Of a stretch of DNA of 64,000 nucleotides, positions 44,201 to 63,352 are shown piece after piece. The number at the start of each line of letters is the position of its first letter. Within the stretch, counting starts at the first letter, position 1. The stretch is from Macrostomum lignano. Its lineage: Eukaryota. The notes below the pieces were generated by a model, which made no database searches, was not told where the DNA came from, and was given only the letters and a program-made list of their open reading frames with translations. A program made the position numbers and the translations under genes. The stretch covers positions 50,877-114,876 of the forward strand of contig NIVC01002762.1 in the NCBI GenBank assembly GCA_002269645.1, given 5' to 3'.

Positions 44201-47200
44201 ATTTTGAGGCTTATTTTGTTAAATCTCTTATCTATCTTAAGACTGCCTATCAGATTCAAATAGGTTTCGACATTCTGATTGATGTATTGTTTCATTACCA
44301 TAAACATTTTTCCACCAAATCCGCCGCCGATTCGCGGACTAATTGCCCGGATTTGATTCCTAGGCCTGCGAAGCACCTTAGAGAGCATCACGGTGACGCC
44401 CTCGATCCACTGGTGCGGCGCCTGAACTAGGAAGCCCTCCTCCGTGCGGCGCACGCTGGCGGTCAGCGACTCGATGAAGAAGTGAATCTGCTCGCCGACC
44501 GTCACTTCGCCTTCAACGCGAACTGGCTGCTTGGCCAGGGTGGCATCGGCGTCCTCCTTGGAAGCCCGCTGAGCATCCTTGAAGTGGATCGATTTCTTAG
44601 CCAAAGCCTCCGTGATGTGCACGATTGGCTCCTCGTCTCCGGCGTCGAATTTCACGTCGACAAGACTGGCTGCTCGGTCGGCGGCCCACTGGGTCTCGGC
44701 GAGGACCACGGCCACGGGCTGGCCAGCGAAGCCGACAAGCTTAGATGGGAAGATCTCGTCCGTCTGCCTAAAAGTTGTCGCGACTTTCTTAGCCATTTCT
44801 TAGATCATCTGCACTTTGTCTCTGTTTACTCAGTTTTCTCTCCCTCTGTCTAGTTCAATCTTGTTATTCTTATCTCTCTCTCCCTTGCTGCCTTCTGATT
44901 GGCTCTTCAATATCGTCTCTTTCCTTAGTCGCGCACTCCACCCCTTCTTGTTTTATATTGCACTCAACCCCCGCCCCCGCCCGGCTTTATTGCCATATAT
45001 ATACCCGTTGGGGCCCTAAGCCCCTCTGTCTAGCTGTCTCTCTGTTTTGTTTTCAACTCTAAATACTCTTAGTTTATTGATAATTCTTTACAAAAAAGGC
45101 AATTCAATTTCGTAGCTCATGGGCCAATAATCCAAGCGGGCAAGTAGAAGGGAGATGATTATGGACTTTACTGGAAATTTGAGAAGGCAGTTGAACATTA
45201 ATACTCATCCACCGATTGTTAATGAATTGCGGTTTTTTAATGTACATCTTAAAGGCATGACTCTCCGTTTTCATGGCAACGTAACTGACTGTACGAGGCG
45301 TTATACAATAACACTTTGCTTTGTGTATGGTTCAAGCATATCGATCAGAGAATAAAATTCAATGAACACTTTTCGTGACTCAGTGGACCTTCTCGAAATT
45401 ATTCGCTGCTTCATCTCAGAGTCTGAAGATTTTTTCTTCACAAGTTGCTTACCTTAACCGATATGTCTTATTGATTGCTTTGATTTGTAGCGACAGATTG
45501 ATAATTTATTTCCTGATATCGTTCGTTCAGACGTACGTGTAGACTTAATACGACCTACAGAAGATACGCTCGTAATTGTGACGATACAAGGAACTCACAT
45601 TTCTGGCGGGAAGATTGGCATCGTAGTGTTATTGGTGTACTTTCCCTCCAAGTCCTTCAAACTTAGCATGCTGTGGTATCCAGGGACTTTCTGAAGTGGT
45701 TAACTCTTGCATTAAAGTACATAAGTCTGGTTGACAAGCAAAATTCAATATCAAACTATCGCACCTCTGCTTCCTCAGTATCGAAACCGGTGACCTTGAT
45801 GGCGGCCTCGGGAGCCAGAACGTAGGCCAAGAACAGCTCATTCGCGTGAGCTGGGTAGTCGTTCACGTAGGTGGCCTCGCCGGATGTCTGCGCCTTGGAC
45901 TCGAGCTTCCTGACCGACTGGCCCAGCGGTGCCGGCTGAAGCTCTTCGACAAAGTCTTGCTCGCTCCTCTGAAGAGGCCGGGTGAGGACGGGACCGCCCG
46001 AGCGAGCGGCGCCTTCCACAGCGTCGCTGCCGATGTCCAAGATGGTCTTGTAGAGAAGGTTCACGGCCAGCTGTCGACGGTGCTCGGGTGAGGAGGCGGT
46101 GGCTTCCTCGACTGGCACCACCTCCGACTCGAGCACCTTCAATGCGGCTGACAAATATTTTCAGATGTGTCGGAGAATGTTTTAACTCTTCACTGTATCA
46201 AAACAAAACATAAGTATCTATATGAGCATTGATAATAAAGGCGACTCACACTGAACAACTTCTTCATCTAGCAGACTCTTGTTCAGAAGAAAGTTCTCCG
46301 TCTTGATGGCATGATTCTGTTGATTTAATTTAAGAGGAAACGTTTGACTTTCTGAATTTTTGTATTGAATTTCATTTTACAGTGCAACCGCTAGACGCCA
46401 AAACGAACTTACAAACTTATCAGATATTCCTCCAATCAGAATGTTCGGTCGTTCGGTCACTCGATAATTTTGCCTTTTGTCCACGGCAAATTGAAATGCG
46501 CCGTTTACGTAGGCATGAGCGTTCTAGAAAAATTTGCATACTCGCGTTAAAAACTGTATTACTAGCAGTAGGCAAATAAGCAAAATCTTACTCTTTGACT
46601 TTCGAAAAAGGACAGCAATTCAATTCTAGTGTCCTAAGCTATCAGTCTTGAGTAGGGGTGTTCGGGTTTCCATTTTTTCTAAGTCTAACCCGAACCCCGA
46701 ACCCGACCCGAAACCCGACCCGACCCCGAATCCCGAATACCCCTAGTCTTAAGAACTAAAGGCCTACTGGCTGAAAAAATACGATAACGATCAATTCGAA
46801 AAACTATACTGGCGAGTTACGACACTTTTATCTTCAATTTAATCTTAACGCTGAAGCAACGCAGTGTCAACGTTGTAAAGCCACTTTTTAGAACTAATCA
46901 TTCAGTTCTGTAATAGAAACGCTTTTCAGACTACTAAGAATAACAAAAACAACAAAATGCTAAAAGTAGAGCTCACGAGCTGACGCGGCGTGATCTTGAA
47001 CGACCTGTAGAAGTGCTGATCCGTTGAGATCGCCGGCAGCTTGGCCGACACGATCACCTTCCCGCGCATGTCCAGCCTCAAAAAGTCGGTCAGCACGTGA
47101 TCCTGAGTACCCTGCTCATCCGCCACCTTGATCACGGTCTTGGCCGCCTCCAGTGTGATAAACACGTCCGACGGAAAGTCCTGGTGTCGGTGCTTCATCA

Positions 47201-48777
47201 TGAGGTTTCCAGCCCACGACGCATTCGCGCGAACGGCCTGATTGGCTACCTGCTGGTAGTGGTCGCTGATTCTGTCGAGGTGAGCCAGTCTGGTCACCTT
47301 CTCGGCGGCCTCCTTGAATGTGTCGATCAACTCGCGCAGAGTGACGGTAGCACCGATCTCCAGACCCGACTTGCTCAGCTAAAAGCAAAGCAAAGATTTA
47401 TTCAGATTGCGAACTATTCAGATTGCGAACATACAATCCAACTGATAAACTCTTGCTGTAACATCTACCACTCACCCTGATGTTGTGCAGCTCTGGAACG
47501 TTGCGAACGTTGATGTAGCAGTTGACGAGCACGTCTTCCTTGAACACTCCGGCAGAAGTGTTTCCGCACACGAGCTGGTACTCATCGTCCTTGTACCGCT
47601 TGAGCAGCTTGAGCAGTTGGTCTAAGCTTCCAGGATTGTAGAAGCGCTGTCCCTTCCAGCCGCGAGCGATTGGGATCACACCGGATGTAGGTGGTTTCGC
47701 GATGCCTTCAGCGCACAGGCTCTTGTTCATTTCCTGAACAATGGAGTTGATGTTGTATGTGTGAAGGGGTTGAATGGGATGTTGAAAGGTACTACTGATT
47801 GTGCGCCAGATAACATAGGTGCAAACATCAGACTCACCTCGATGTCCACGCAATCACCGTTGTTCGAGTCGCACGCGAACGACTTCATGCCGTCGAGAAT
47901 GGACCGATAGCCTGTGCAGCGACAAATGTTTCCATCGAAGAAGTGCTCGACCTGCTGCATCGTCGGCTTCGCGTTCTCCTGCAGCTGGCTGTACATGCTC
48001 ATGACGAATCCGGGAGAGCAGAAGCCGCACTGGGTTCCATAGTGCTCGGCGAGTCTCTCTTGGATCGGGTGGTACGGCTTGCCGCTGCCTCCGATGCCCT
48101 CGATGGTGGTGACGTGCCAGCCTACTGCCGAGTACACCGGACACAAGCACTGCAAACGATCACACGAGTCGCGTCATGACCCCAGAGCTGACGTATTCAA
48201 CTTCATCATTAGTAGGTCGTAATCACGAAGCAAAAGGTGACTCACCGAGTTGACAGGCACTGACACGACCTCTTCTGTAGCCGGGTGCTTGTAGGTGGCC
48301 GTGACAACGCAGCATCCGCACCCGCCTTCTCTACACATAACTTTGGTGCCCTTGAGGTTGAGCACATCGCGAAGGAAGTCGTTGAGACTGGTCTCAGGGT
48401 TGCAGTCTCTGGGAACTATGAATTAAAGTTGGTTCTGTAGCTAAAGACAGCATGGATTATATTAAATTATCTCAGCCACTCCCCGGATCTTATAAACTGA
48501 GGTGGATACGTTGACAGGTATTTCATAGTCAGATAGTGTCATTAATTTGCGCCTGCTCGTATCAGATGAGACCAAGGGACGTCTCGACAACGTGTCAGAC
48601 ACTCGCACCAATTCGCATGTCCGTAATTATTCTCATCTTTCCATCGCTAGTAGTGCTTAGGCTTAAGTTTGTTAGAAACAAATAAAACTTTAGTGAAATA
48701 TACTTACTCTCAAGCGCTTTACCATTCACATGAATGGTTGGCTCCCCGCTGGATGCAGCTATCCCTCCTGAGTACAT
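41286..48777 (-). CDS. Aldehyde oxidase/XDH-family enzyme, copy B (14 exons); the only copy with no frameshift found
   Basis: Exons include 48777-48708, 48415-48246, 48149-47838, 47733-47476, 47378-46977, 46147-45765 and 41835-41286; same motifs as copy A; all checked junctions in phase. Confidence 0.93.
43575..43828. repeat. 7-bp array (CCAGCTA/CCGGCTA)n
   Basis: Direct reading. Confidence 0.95.
46653..46745. mobile_element. 93-bp hAT-like MITE in intron 5 of copy B
   Basis: TIRs TAGGGGTGTTCGGG / CCCGAATACCCCTA (13/14); flanks GTCTTGAG / GTCTTAAG (7/8) as 8-bp TSD. Confidence 0.8.
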
Positions 48778-49951
48778 TTCTTTTGAATATGATGTTTTCG
48801 AGACTACAGAGCTGAACTATATTCTATTAAGGCTAAGGTGAGTTGTAGCGATTAATTTTGCATTAGTTGCCATTTATATTCTTCAGTATTGTTTAGCGAG
48901 GTAGATTTGCTGATACAATTTTTCCAGTGTTATCAGTTTGTATTCAAATCCTAGTTAAGGCTGGTTGGTACCTGTGTGGCGGGTAGAATGTACGTCAGAT
49001 AAGAACCGCAACGAGCAAACTTGATTTAGTGAGCTGCACTCGAAGTCGGATCTCAGTTCGATGTTTTGCTACTAGCCTGCTGCAAGTCAACTCTCGTATC
49101 TGATAGCTAACCTCCAAGCAAAGTTTCTTTTAGGGTCAATTGGTTGAATCCATACGCTGCCCTGCTTCAATGCGAATTCATAACATTTTATCACAAATTT
49201 CTCAATTAGTACAAGTAGATACATCTTAACTAAGCGGTAAATCGACGGCTGATTATGTGTAAAATCTTCTTTATTTAAATGTTGGCTATGCGAAAGATAA
49301 TTCTATTGATTGATATGTAAAATGCTGGTTTTATTGTTTAATTACCAGCGAACTCAATCATGATTGGTCATAATTTCTTACAGAGCAGCACAAACAGCTC
49401 GCCTTCGATTAACCACGCAAGTAAAAAATTAATACTAGCTACGTCAAAAAGAATATTTTGCAACAAGATATTGTAGCTCGTAAAAGTCTTACTCATTCTC
49501 AGTGATCCTTTGCTGCTACAGAAACTACCAGCTACTTCAATAAAAAAATGACGGCCTAGCTTTAGGGGCGCTTAGATTTTAGCAAAAAAGCGTCAAATAA
49601 ATATCAACACACAGGGGTAGCTACCAAGAAAGTAATTCATAAAAAAGCAGTAGAACAAAAAGGGTTTAACAAAAAGCACAATATTTTTCAATTCAAAAAA
49701 ATTCAAAATTTAGGAATAGAAAAAACTGGCACTTTATGCGGCAGCTGATAAGTTAAATTAAAAAATCTAAATAGAAAACTAATGGCTACATATTATATAT
49801 ACATAGCAAACTTTTTTATTTAGATTCGCATTTATAAAGCGGTAGCGCAAAGTTCAAGCCAGAGACACCATAGCGCACGCAATAAACAACAAAATAAAAT
49901 CGTCCAAACGCTTGATCAGCGTAATCGAACACAGAGACAGCCCAATTTCTT

Positions 49952-52900
49952 TTACTCAGAATGTTTAAATTTCCTATCCTTGGTGCCGACCTCGCACAGC
50001 TGGAGCACCCGGGCCGGCGTCAGCGGCAGCTCGAACGTCAGGTTCACGTCCGGCTTTCCCTGCTGCTTCCGGAAGGCCTCAATCGCTCTCTTGATGGCGG
50101 TGACGCAGGTGGCCGCCAGACCGAGCGGCGGCTCCCCGATCGCCTTCGTGCTGAACACGCTGTCGGTGTCTCCCGGCTTCTTCAGCAGGTGGACGCGGAA
50201 GTCGCGCGGCACGTCGGCAGCCTGCGGCGGCTTATAGTTCCAGGTACCGTCGGCCAGGTTTCGCCCGGTGTCGGAGTCGTACACGGTTCTCTCAGTCAGG
50301 TAGTAACCCATGCCGAACACGTAGGCGCCCTCGATCTGGCCAATGTCCACGCCAGGGTTGAGGCTCTTGCCGATGTCCATCGTGATGTCCGAGCGCAGGA
50401 CGACGTACTCGCCGGTGAGGATGTCCACCTCCACCTCGGCCGCGCCAACGCCGAGGGTAGAGTAGCGAGCGTGCTGGGATTCACGATTTTGGCTGGCGTA
50501 GCTGAATGTTCGAGAACGTATCGTAAATTATTTATAATCTTTGTAAATCCAGTCACAGGTGACGAATTAGGAGCTTATGAATGGACTACTTACCTGCCGA
50601 AAGCCTTGAGCAAGACTCCAGACATGATTGCCGCGACAACCAGTTCGTTCCAACCGGCATCTTGCTTATTCTCTTTGATCGGCAACAAGCGCTCTTTGAT
50701 TTGATCAGCGGCAGCTTTGGCTGCCATGGCGTTGAGCTCGCTAGTAGCGCTGCCGCCGGTTGCGTCCATCTGTGGCAGCATCATAGTGTCGGTCGGTTTG
50801 GCCTTCACCATGTCGAGTGTGGCGCCAAACTCGGCCAGCTGAGCAACAGCCGCTTGAGCAACTTTCGTTGTCAGACCCTGGCCCATTTCCGTGCCGCTAT
50901 GCACAATGGAGATGCTGCCATCCATGTGCACCGTAAGATCGACCTCGGATATGCCAACGCGAGCATAACTGATCGGGTAGGAAATAGCGGACATGTCCAG
51001 CCCCCGTTTTTTGTACGCGTTGGCCTGAAAACACGGTGGGGGATTAAATGATGTATACTTAAATTAGGTAGCTCATGAACTCTGCTAAAACTGAATACGA
51101 CTTTGTAGTTAACAATCACACTTTTTCTTTACCAGATTGAAGGTGTCGATGTCTTTTCTACGCTGGTCTATCTCAGCTGCAATGTACGCTCGTACAACTC
51201 GTCCCACATTCGCACCAGATTGTCTTTTGTTCGTTCCATGCCATTCTGGTCCAACTTGAATTGGATTGGTTTAAATATTCCAAAGTAAAGAAAGGACTAA
51301 CATCTCTTAGCGCTCATGATTTTTTGCTTTGAAAATTGATAAATATGTCTATTACCTGTCCGTCTCTATACAAATTCTTTCGTTTGAAGTCGATAGGATC
51401 AATTTTTAGCTTATAAGCCATGTGGTCCATCATGAGTAGGTTGAACAGCGCGGCTGGACCGGCTCCCGGAGCTCGAACTGATGTGCTCTGTGGCTTATTC
51501 GTTTTTAGGTAAGTCAGATTCCTCTTGAACGTTGGCGAGTAGTACGCTTGATCCATTGAGTCATCCATCTCTCGGCCAATGATGGTGACAACATTACAGA
51601 CGTAGCCCGCGTCCAAATAAGAGTCCCAATGGACGCTCATTAGCTGACCATCCTCTGTAGCGCCAGCTTTGTACTTTGTGATCACGGTTGGACGCTTCTG
51701 GCTGTACTGGGCCAGAGAATCAAAGCGAAGAAACATGCGACAGGGTCGGTGGGTAATATCGCAGGCGATGGTGCAGAGAGCAGTAGCGTGATCTATCTGT
51801 AATGCGCGGAGTATAAAATGCCGATGTGTATAGCTTTGTGACTCAATACTTCAACGAAATGCAAATATTCAGCATAAAAATCGGTGACTGCCAACCATAA
51901 AAATTTTTCCACCGAATCCGCCGCCCAAACGGGGACAGACCACTCGAAAATGGTTCCTTGGTCTGCCCATCACCTTGGCGAGCACCATAGAGGAAACTTC
52001 TGGCCACTGGTGCGGCGCATACACCAAAAAGCCTTCCTCTGTTTGGCGAACGCTGGTAGTCACTGACTCCATGAAGAAGTGCAGCTGCTCACCGACCACA
52101 AACTCTCCTTCAATCTGCACCGACTGCTTTGCCAACTCAGCGTCAGGGTCTTCTTTCGAGGCTCTTTGTGCATCCTGGAAGAACATAGATTGCTTAGCCA
52201 AAGCCTCCGTGATGTGCACAATTGGCTCATCATCTCCGGCATCGAAGTTCACTTCGACCAGACTGGCTGCCCGGTCGGCGGCCCACTGGGTCTCGGCGAG
52301 GACCGCGGCAACGGGTTGACCAGCAAAACCAACAGCTTTGGATGGGAAGATCTCGTCCGTCTGCCTAAAGACACCAATTTTATTCAGGGGCATGCATAGA
52401 TTTCTTCTTATACTTTGTAGAAATCCTTTCACGTGCGTTTAGGAATATACCAGATTACGAGTACTTACGGTACACGAAGAAATAAGCAAATGTTGTCAAA
52501 ACTTACGCCTCGGGAGGAAGAATAGGAAGAGTGCAGTTGTTGGTGTATTTTCCCTCTAAGTCCTTGACTGTAAGGATGCTGTGGAAACCAGGCACTCTCT
52601 GTAAAAATTTTTTGAATTCAATAAACTAGGCATCGTGGTCTGGGGAAAAGCAGATCTATTTTCTAAAAAAGTGACAAACATGCATAATATATGTACCTCA
52701 GCTTCCTCAGTGTCGAAACCTGTGACCTTGATGGCGGCCTCGGGAGCCAGAACGTAGGCCAAGAACAGCTCATTCGCGTGAGCTGGGTAGTCGTTCACGT
52801 AGGTGGCCTCGCCGGATGTCTGCGCCTTGGACTCGAGCTTCCTGACCGACTGGCCCAGCGGTGCCGGCTGAAGCTCTTCGACAAAGTCCTGCTCGCCCCT

Positions 52901-55128
52901 CTGGAGAGGCCGGGTGAGGACGGGACCGCCCGAGCGAGCGGCGCCTTCCACAGCGTCGCTGCCGATGTCCAAGATGGTCTTGTAGAGAAGGTTCACGGCC
53001 AGCTGTCGACGGTGCTCGGGTGAGGAGGCGGTGGCTTCCTCGACCGGCACCACCTCCGACTCGAGCACCTTCAGCGCGGCTGAAAGTTTTTGAGTGTCGG
53101 TTAAGTGATTGTCAAGTTTTCAAGCGATTCTTAAGTCCAAATAATATTTTAACAACACAATTCTTCGTTTAAAACTCACATTCGACAACCTCTTCATCCA
53201 GAAGGCTCTTGTTCAACAGAAAGTTTTCTGTCTTCGTGGCTCGATTCTACAACAGACAAGGTTACATGTCAACTACTTTGTTGCTTCTGTTTCTGTTCTA
53301 TAAGTTTAGAATCAGCTGCAGTGCTTACAAATTTGTCAGAAATTCCACCAATAACAATGGTTGGACGCTCAAGCACAGTGTAGTCCTTTTTCTTGTCAAC
53401 AGCAAGCTCAAAGGCTCCGTTGACGTAGGCATGGGCGTTCTGCAAGAGAAACATGTGGGTATTTCAATGTAGCAAAGTATTATTGGTTATACATAGTGTT
53501 GTGTCAGAAATACATGATTGACTTTTAGCTCACGAGCTGACGCGGCGTGATCTTGAACGACCTGTAGAAGTGCTGGTCCGTCGAGATCGCCGGCAGCTTG
53601 GCCGACACGATCACCTTCCCGCGCATGTCCAGCCTCAAAAAGTCGGTCAGCACGTGATCCTGAGTACCCTGCTCATCCGCCACCTTGATCACGGTCTTGG
53701 CCGCCTCCAGTGTGATAAACACGTCCGACGGAAAGTCCTGGTGTCGGTGCTTCATCATGAGGTTTCCAGCCCACGACGCATTCGCGCGAACGGCCTGATT
53801 GGCTACCTGCTGGTAGTGGTCGCTGATTCTGTCGAGGTGAGCCAGTCTGGTCACCTTCTCGGCGGCCTCCTTGAATGTGTCGATCAACTCGCGCAGAGTG
53901 ACGGTAGCACCGATCTCCAGACCCGACTTGCTCAGCTAAAAGCAAAGCAAAGATTTATTCAGATTGCGAACTATTCAGATTGCGAACATACAATCCAACT
54001 GATAAACTCTTGCTGTAACATCTACCACTCACCCTGATGTTGTGCAGCTCTGGAACGTTGCGAACGTTGATGTAGCAGTTGACGAGCACGTCTTCCTTGA
54101 ACACTCCGGCAGAAGTGTTTCCGCACACGAGCTGGTACTCATCGTCCTTGTACCGCTTGAGCAGCTTGAGCAGTTGGTCTAAGCTTCCAGGATTGTAGAA
54201 GCGCTGTCCCTTCCAGCCGCGAGCGATTGGATCACACCGGATGTAGGTGGCTTCGCGATGCCTTCAGCGCACAGGCTCTTGTTCATTTCCTGAACAATGG
54301 AGTTGATGTTGTATGTGTGAAGGGGTTGAATGGGATGTTGAAAGGTACTACTGATTGTGCGCCAGATAACATAGGTGCAAACATCAGACTCACCTCGATG
54401 TCCACGCAATCACCGTTGTTCGAGTCGCACGCGAACGACTTCATGCCGTCGAGAATGGACCGATAGCCTGTGCAGCGACAAATGTTTCCATCGAAGAAGT
54501 GCTCGACCTGCTGCATCGTCGGCTTCGCGTTCTCCTGCAGCTGGCTGTACATGCTCATGACGAATCCGGGAGAGCAGAAGCCGCACTGGGTTCCATAGTG
54601 CTCGGCGAGTCTCTCTTGGATCGGGTGGTACGGCTTGCCGCTGCCTCCGATGCCCTCGATGGTGGTGACGTGCCAGCCTACTGCCGAGTACACCGGACAC
54701 AAGCACTGCAAACGATCACACGAGTCGCGTCATGACCCCAGAGCTGACGTATTCAACTTCATCATTAGTAGGTCGTAATCACGAAGCAAAAGGTGACTCA
54801 CCGAGTTGACAGGCACTGACACGACCTCTTCTGTAGCCGGGTGCTTGTAGGTGGCCGTGACAACGCAGCATCCGCACCCGCCTTCTCTACACATAACTTT
54901 GGTGCCCTTGAGGTTGAGCACATCGCGAAGGAAGTCGTTGAGACTGGTCTCGGGGTTGCAGTCCTTGGGAACTGTTTAGGTTTAGAGGGATGCACGATTT
55001 TATTTGTGTGTTAATACGCTCGTAAGCACAAAGAGCAATATTATTAGACTTGATTTACCATTAGTGGCTCTTCCGTTAACGAAAATCACGGGATCACCGC
55101 TGGAAGGCACAATGCCGCTCGAATACAT
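49952..55128 (-). CDS. Aldehyde oxidase/XDH-family enzyme, copy C (14 exons, compact introns); frameshifts at about 54230 (exon 4 is 257 nt vs 258 nt) and about 51184-51191 (exon 12 is 122 nt)
   Basis: Exon 1 55128-55059 (MYSSGIVPSSGDPVIFVNGRATN), exons 54971-54802, 54705-54394, 54289-54033, 53935-53534, 53079-52697 and last exon 50501-49952; same catalytic motifs. Confidence 0.9.
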
Positions 55129-56419
55129 AATGTCGCTTGTGGTTTGGAATTATTTTTTTCGGAAGCGTCAGGCTGGCTATCTGAAATAGTTCTGCGGAGT
55201 GTTTTTATTTTGTCAGCAGGGTTAGCTCTTGCTCCTGCTTTGTTGATGAGAATTTTTTGTTGAAATAAAACTTGGCGCTCTTAAGTGGCTCGGAAGAAAA
55301 ACACTTAGATTCGATGCGAGAGTGGGCGCTTTCTCACTTACTTGTGCAGTCTTCTTTCTTGATTATCTTTGGTTAGCTCAGATTTAGCATTGGAAGCTTT
55401 TTTCCACTGTATTTGATATGAAACTTTGACCTAAAAGTTTATGCTGTAATCGCTTAATTGCGCTGGGTAATTCTGCTTTTGTATCGTCTTTTGACAGAGT
55501 TTTCTTGTACGGTACTACCTAGAGATAGATAGTTTATTAATTAAAATAAATTTATCTAATGTTATATGAAACTTGTAAATAATAAACTACTGCGTTTAAA
55601 AGTGTTTTGTTCATCGTTTTTACGGTTGTCTTAAAACCGATTTAAAGACACCTTTTTCTACATACCATATCTTACTGTAGTGACTAAGATACTACAGTCA
55701 CACAGTAGGTAACACAGTATTGCAGTACTAGAGAATACAAACATACCAACTACGACAGTAGTACCACAGTACATATATTATAGTTTTAATGCATGATTTT
55801 GTCATCTTAAGTTAAGTTGCTTAAGGTGTTTAAGTTGAATATTGGCCGTGAAACGAGCGTGTCATTGTAGATTAAATCATTCATCGCCACATGCGGCCGC
55901 AAAGCCTTTCTATCCGGCCCTCGGGTCCTTTGAAACTTCACAATAGCAATCTTCCCTGCTCAAGGCTTGTGTCTCTTCTCAGCTCTCCTCTCTCACTTCT
56001 TCCTTCTCTTTTCTCTCCTCTCCTCTCTTCTCTGCTCTCCTCTCCTCTCTCTTTTCTCTCTTTATTTCGTCTTCTCTCTAATGCCAACTAGCAAGCATCT
56101 TTAATATGATAAAAAAGGTTATATTACGAGTAGTTGTGAGCTCGAGCAGAGACACTTTTTGATAACTTTTCGTTCAAATTTAAGGTTAAAATATATATTG
56201 TATATCAATCCTCTGTATATTTTTGGCAGCAAGCCATAAATATTCGTACATTATAAATGTTTAATTATAACAACTTGAGACCTTTCTCAATGGATTAAAT
56301 GAAAAGTATGTCGCCCAAGCACCTAAAGGAATGAAAAAGGAGTTGTGTCTGCATCTTAATAAAATATTCAACCGTTAATTGTTTAAGCCAGTTTTCCTGG
56401 CCTGTACTGAAGTACTGAT

Positions 56420-63352
<6,933 letters not shown>

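Noticed and set aside
45268-45281. RFX X-box-like GTTTTCATGGCAAC and scattered ACTTCCGG (ETS-like) motifs at about 1389, 14586 and 15842
   Set aside because: Short motifs expected by chance; the X-box-like site is inside an AOX intron, far from the ciliary-type gene.
49961-50704. Long plus-strand ORFs antisense to AOX exons (also 31041-31418, 36123-36518, 53570-54037)
   Set aside because: Shadow ORFs of GC3-rich coding exons.
31068-55128. Calling the cluster xanthine dehydrogenase (XDH/rosy), or a pure assembly triplication
   Set aside because: The Glu802- and Phe914-equivalent residues are not XDH-like. The copies have distinct introns and diverged exons, so they are real paralogues.
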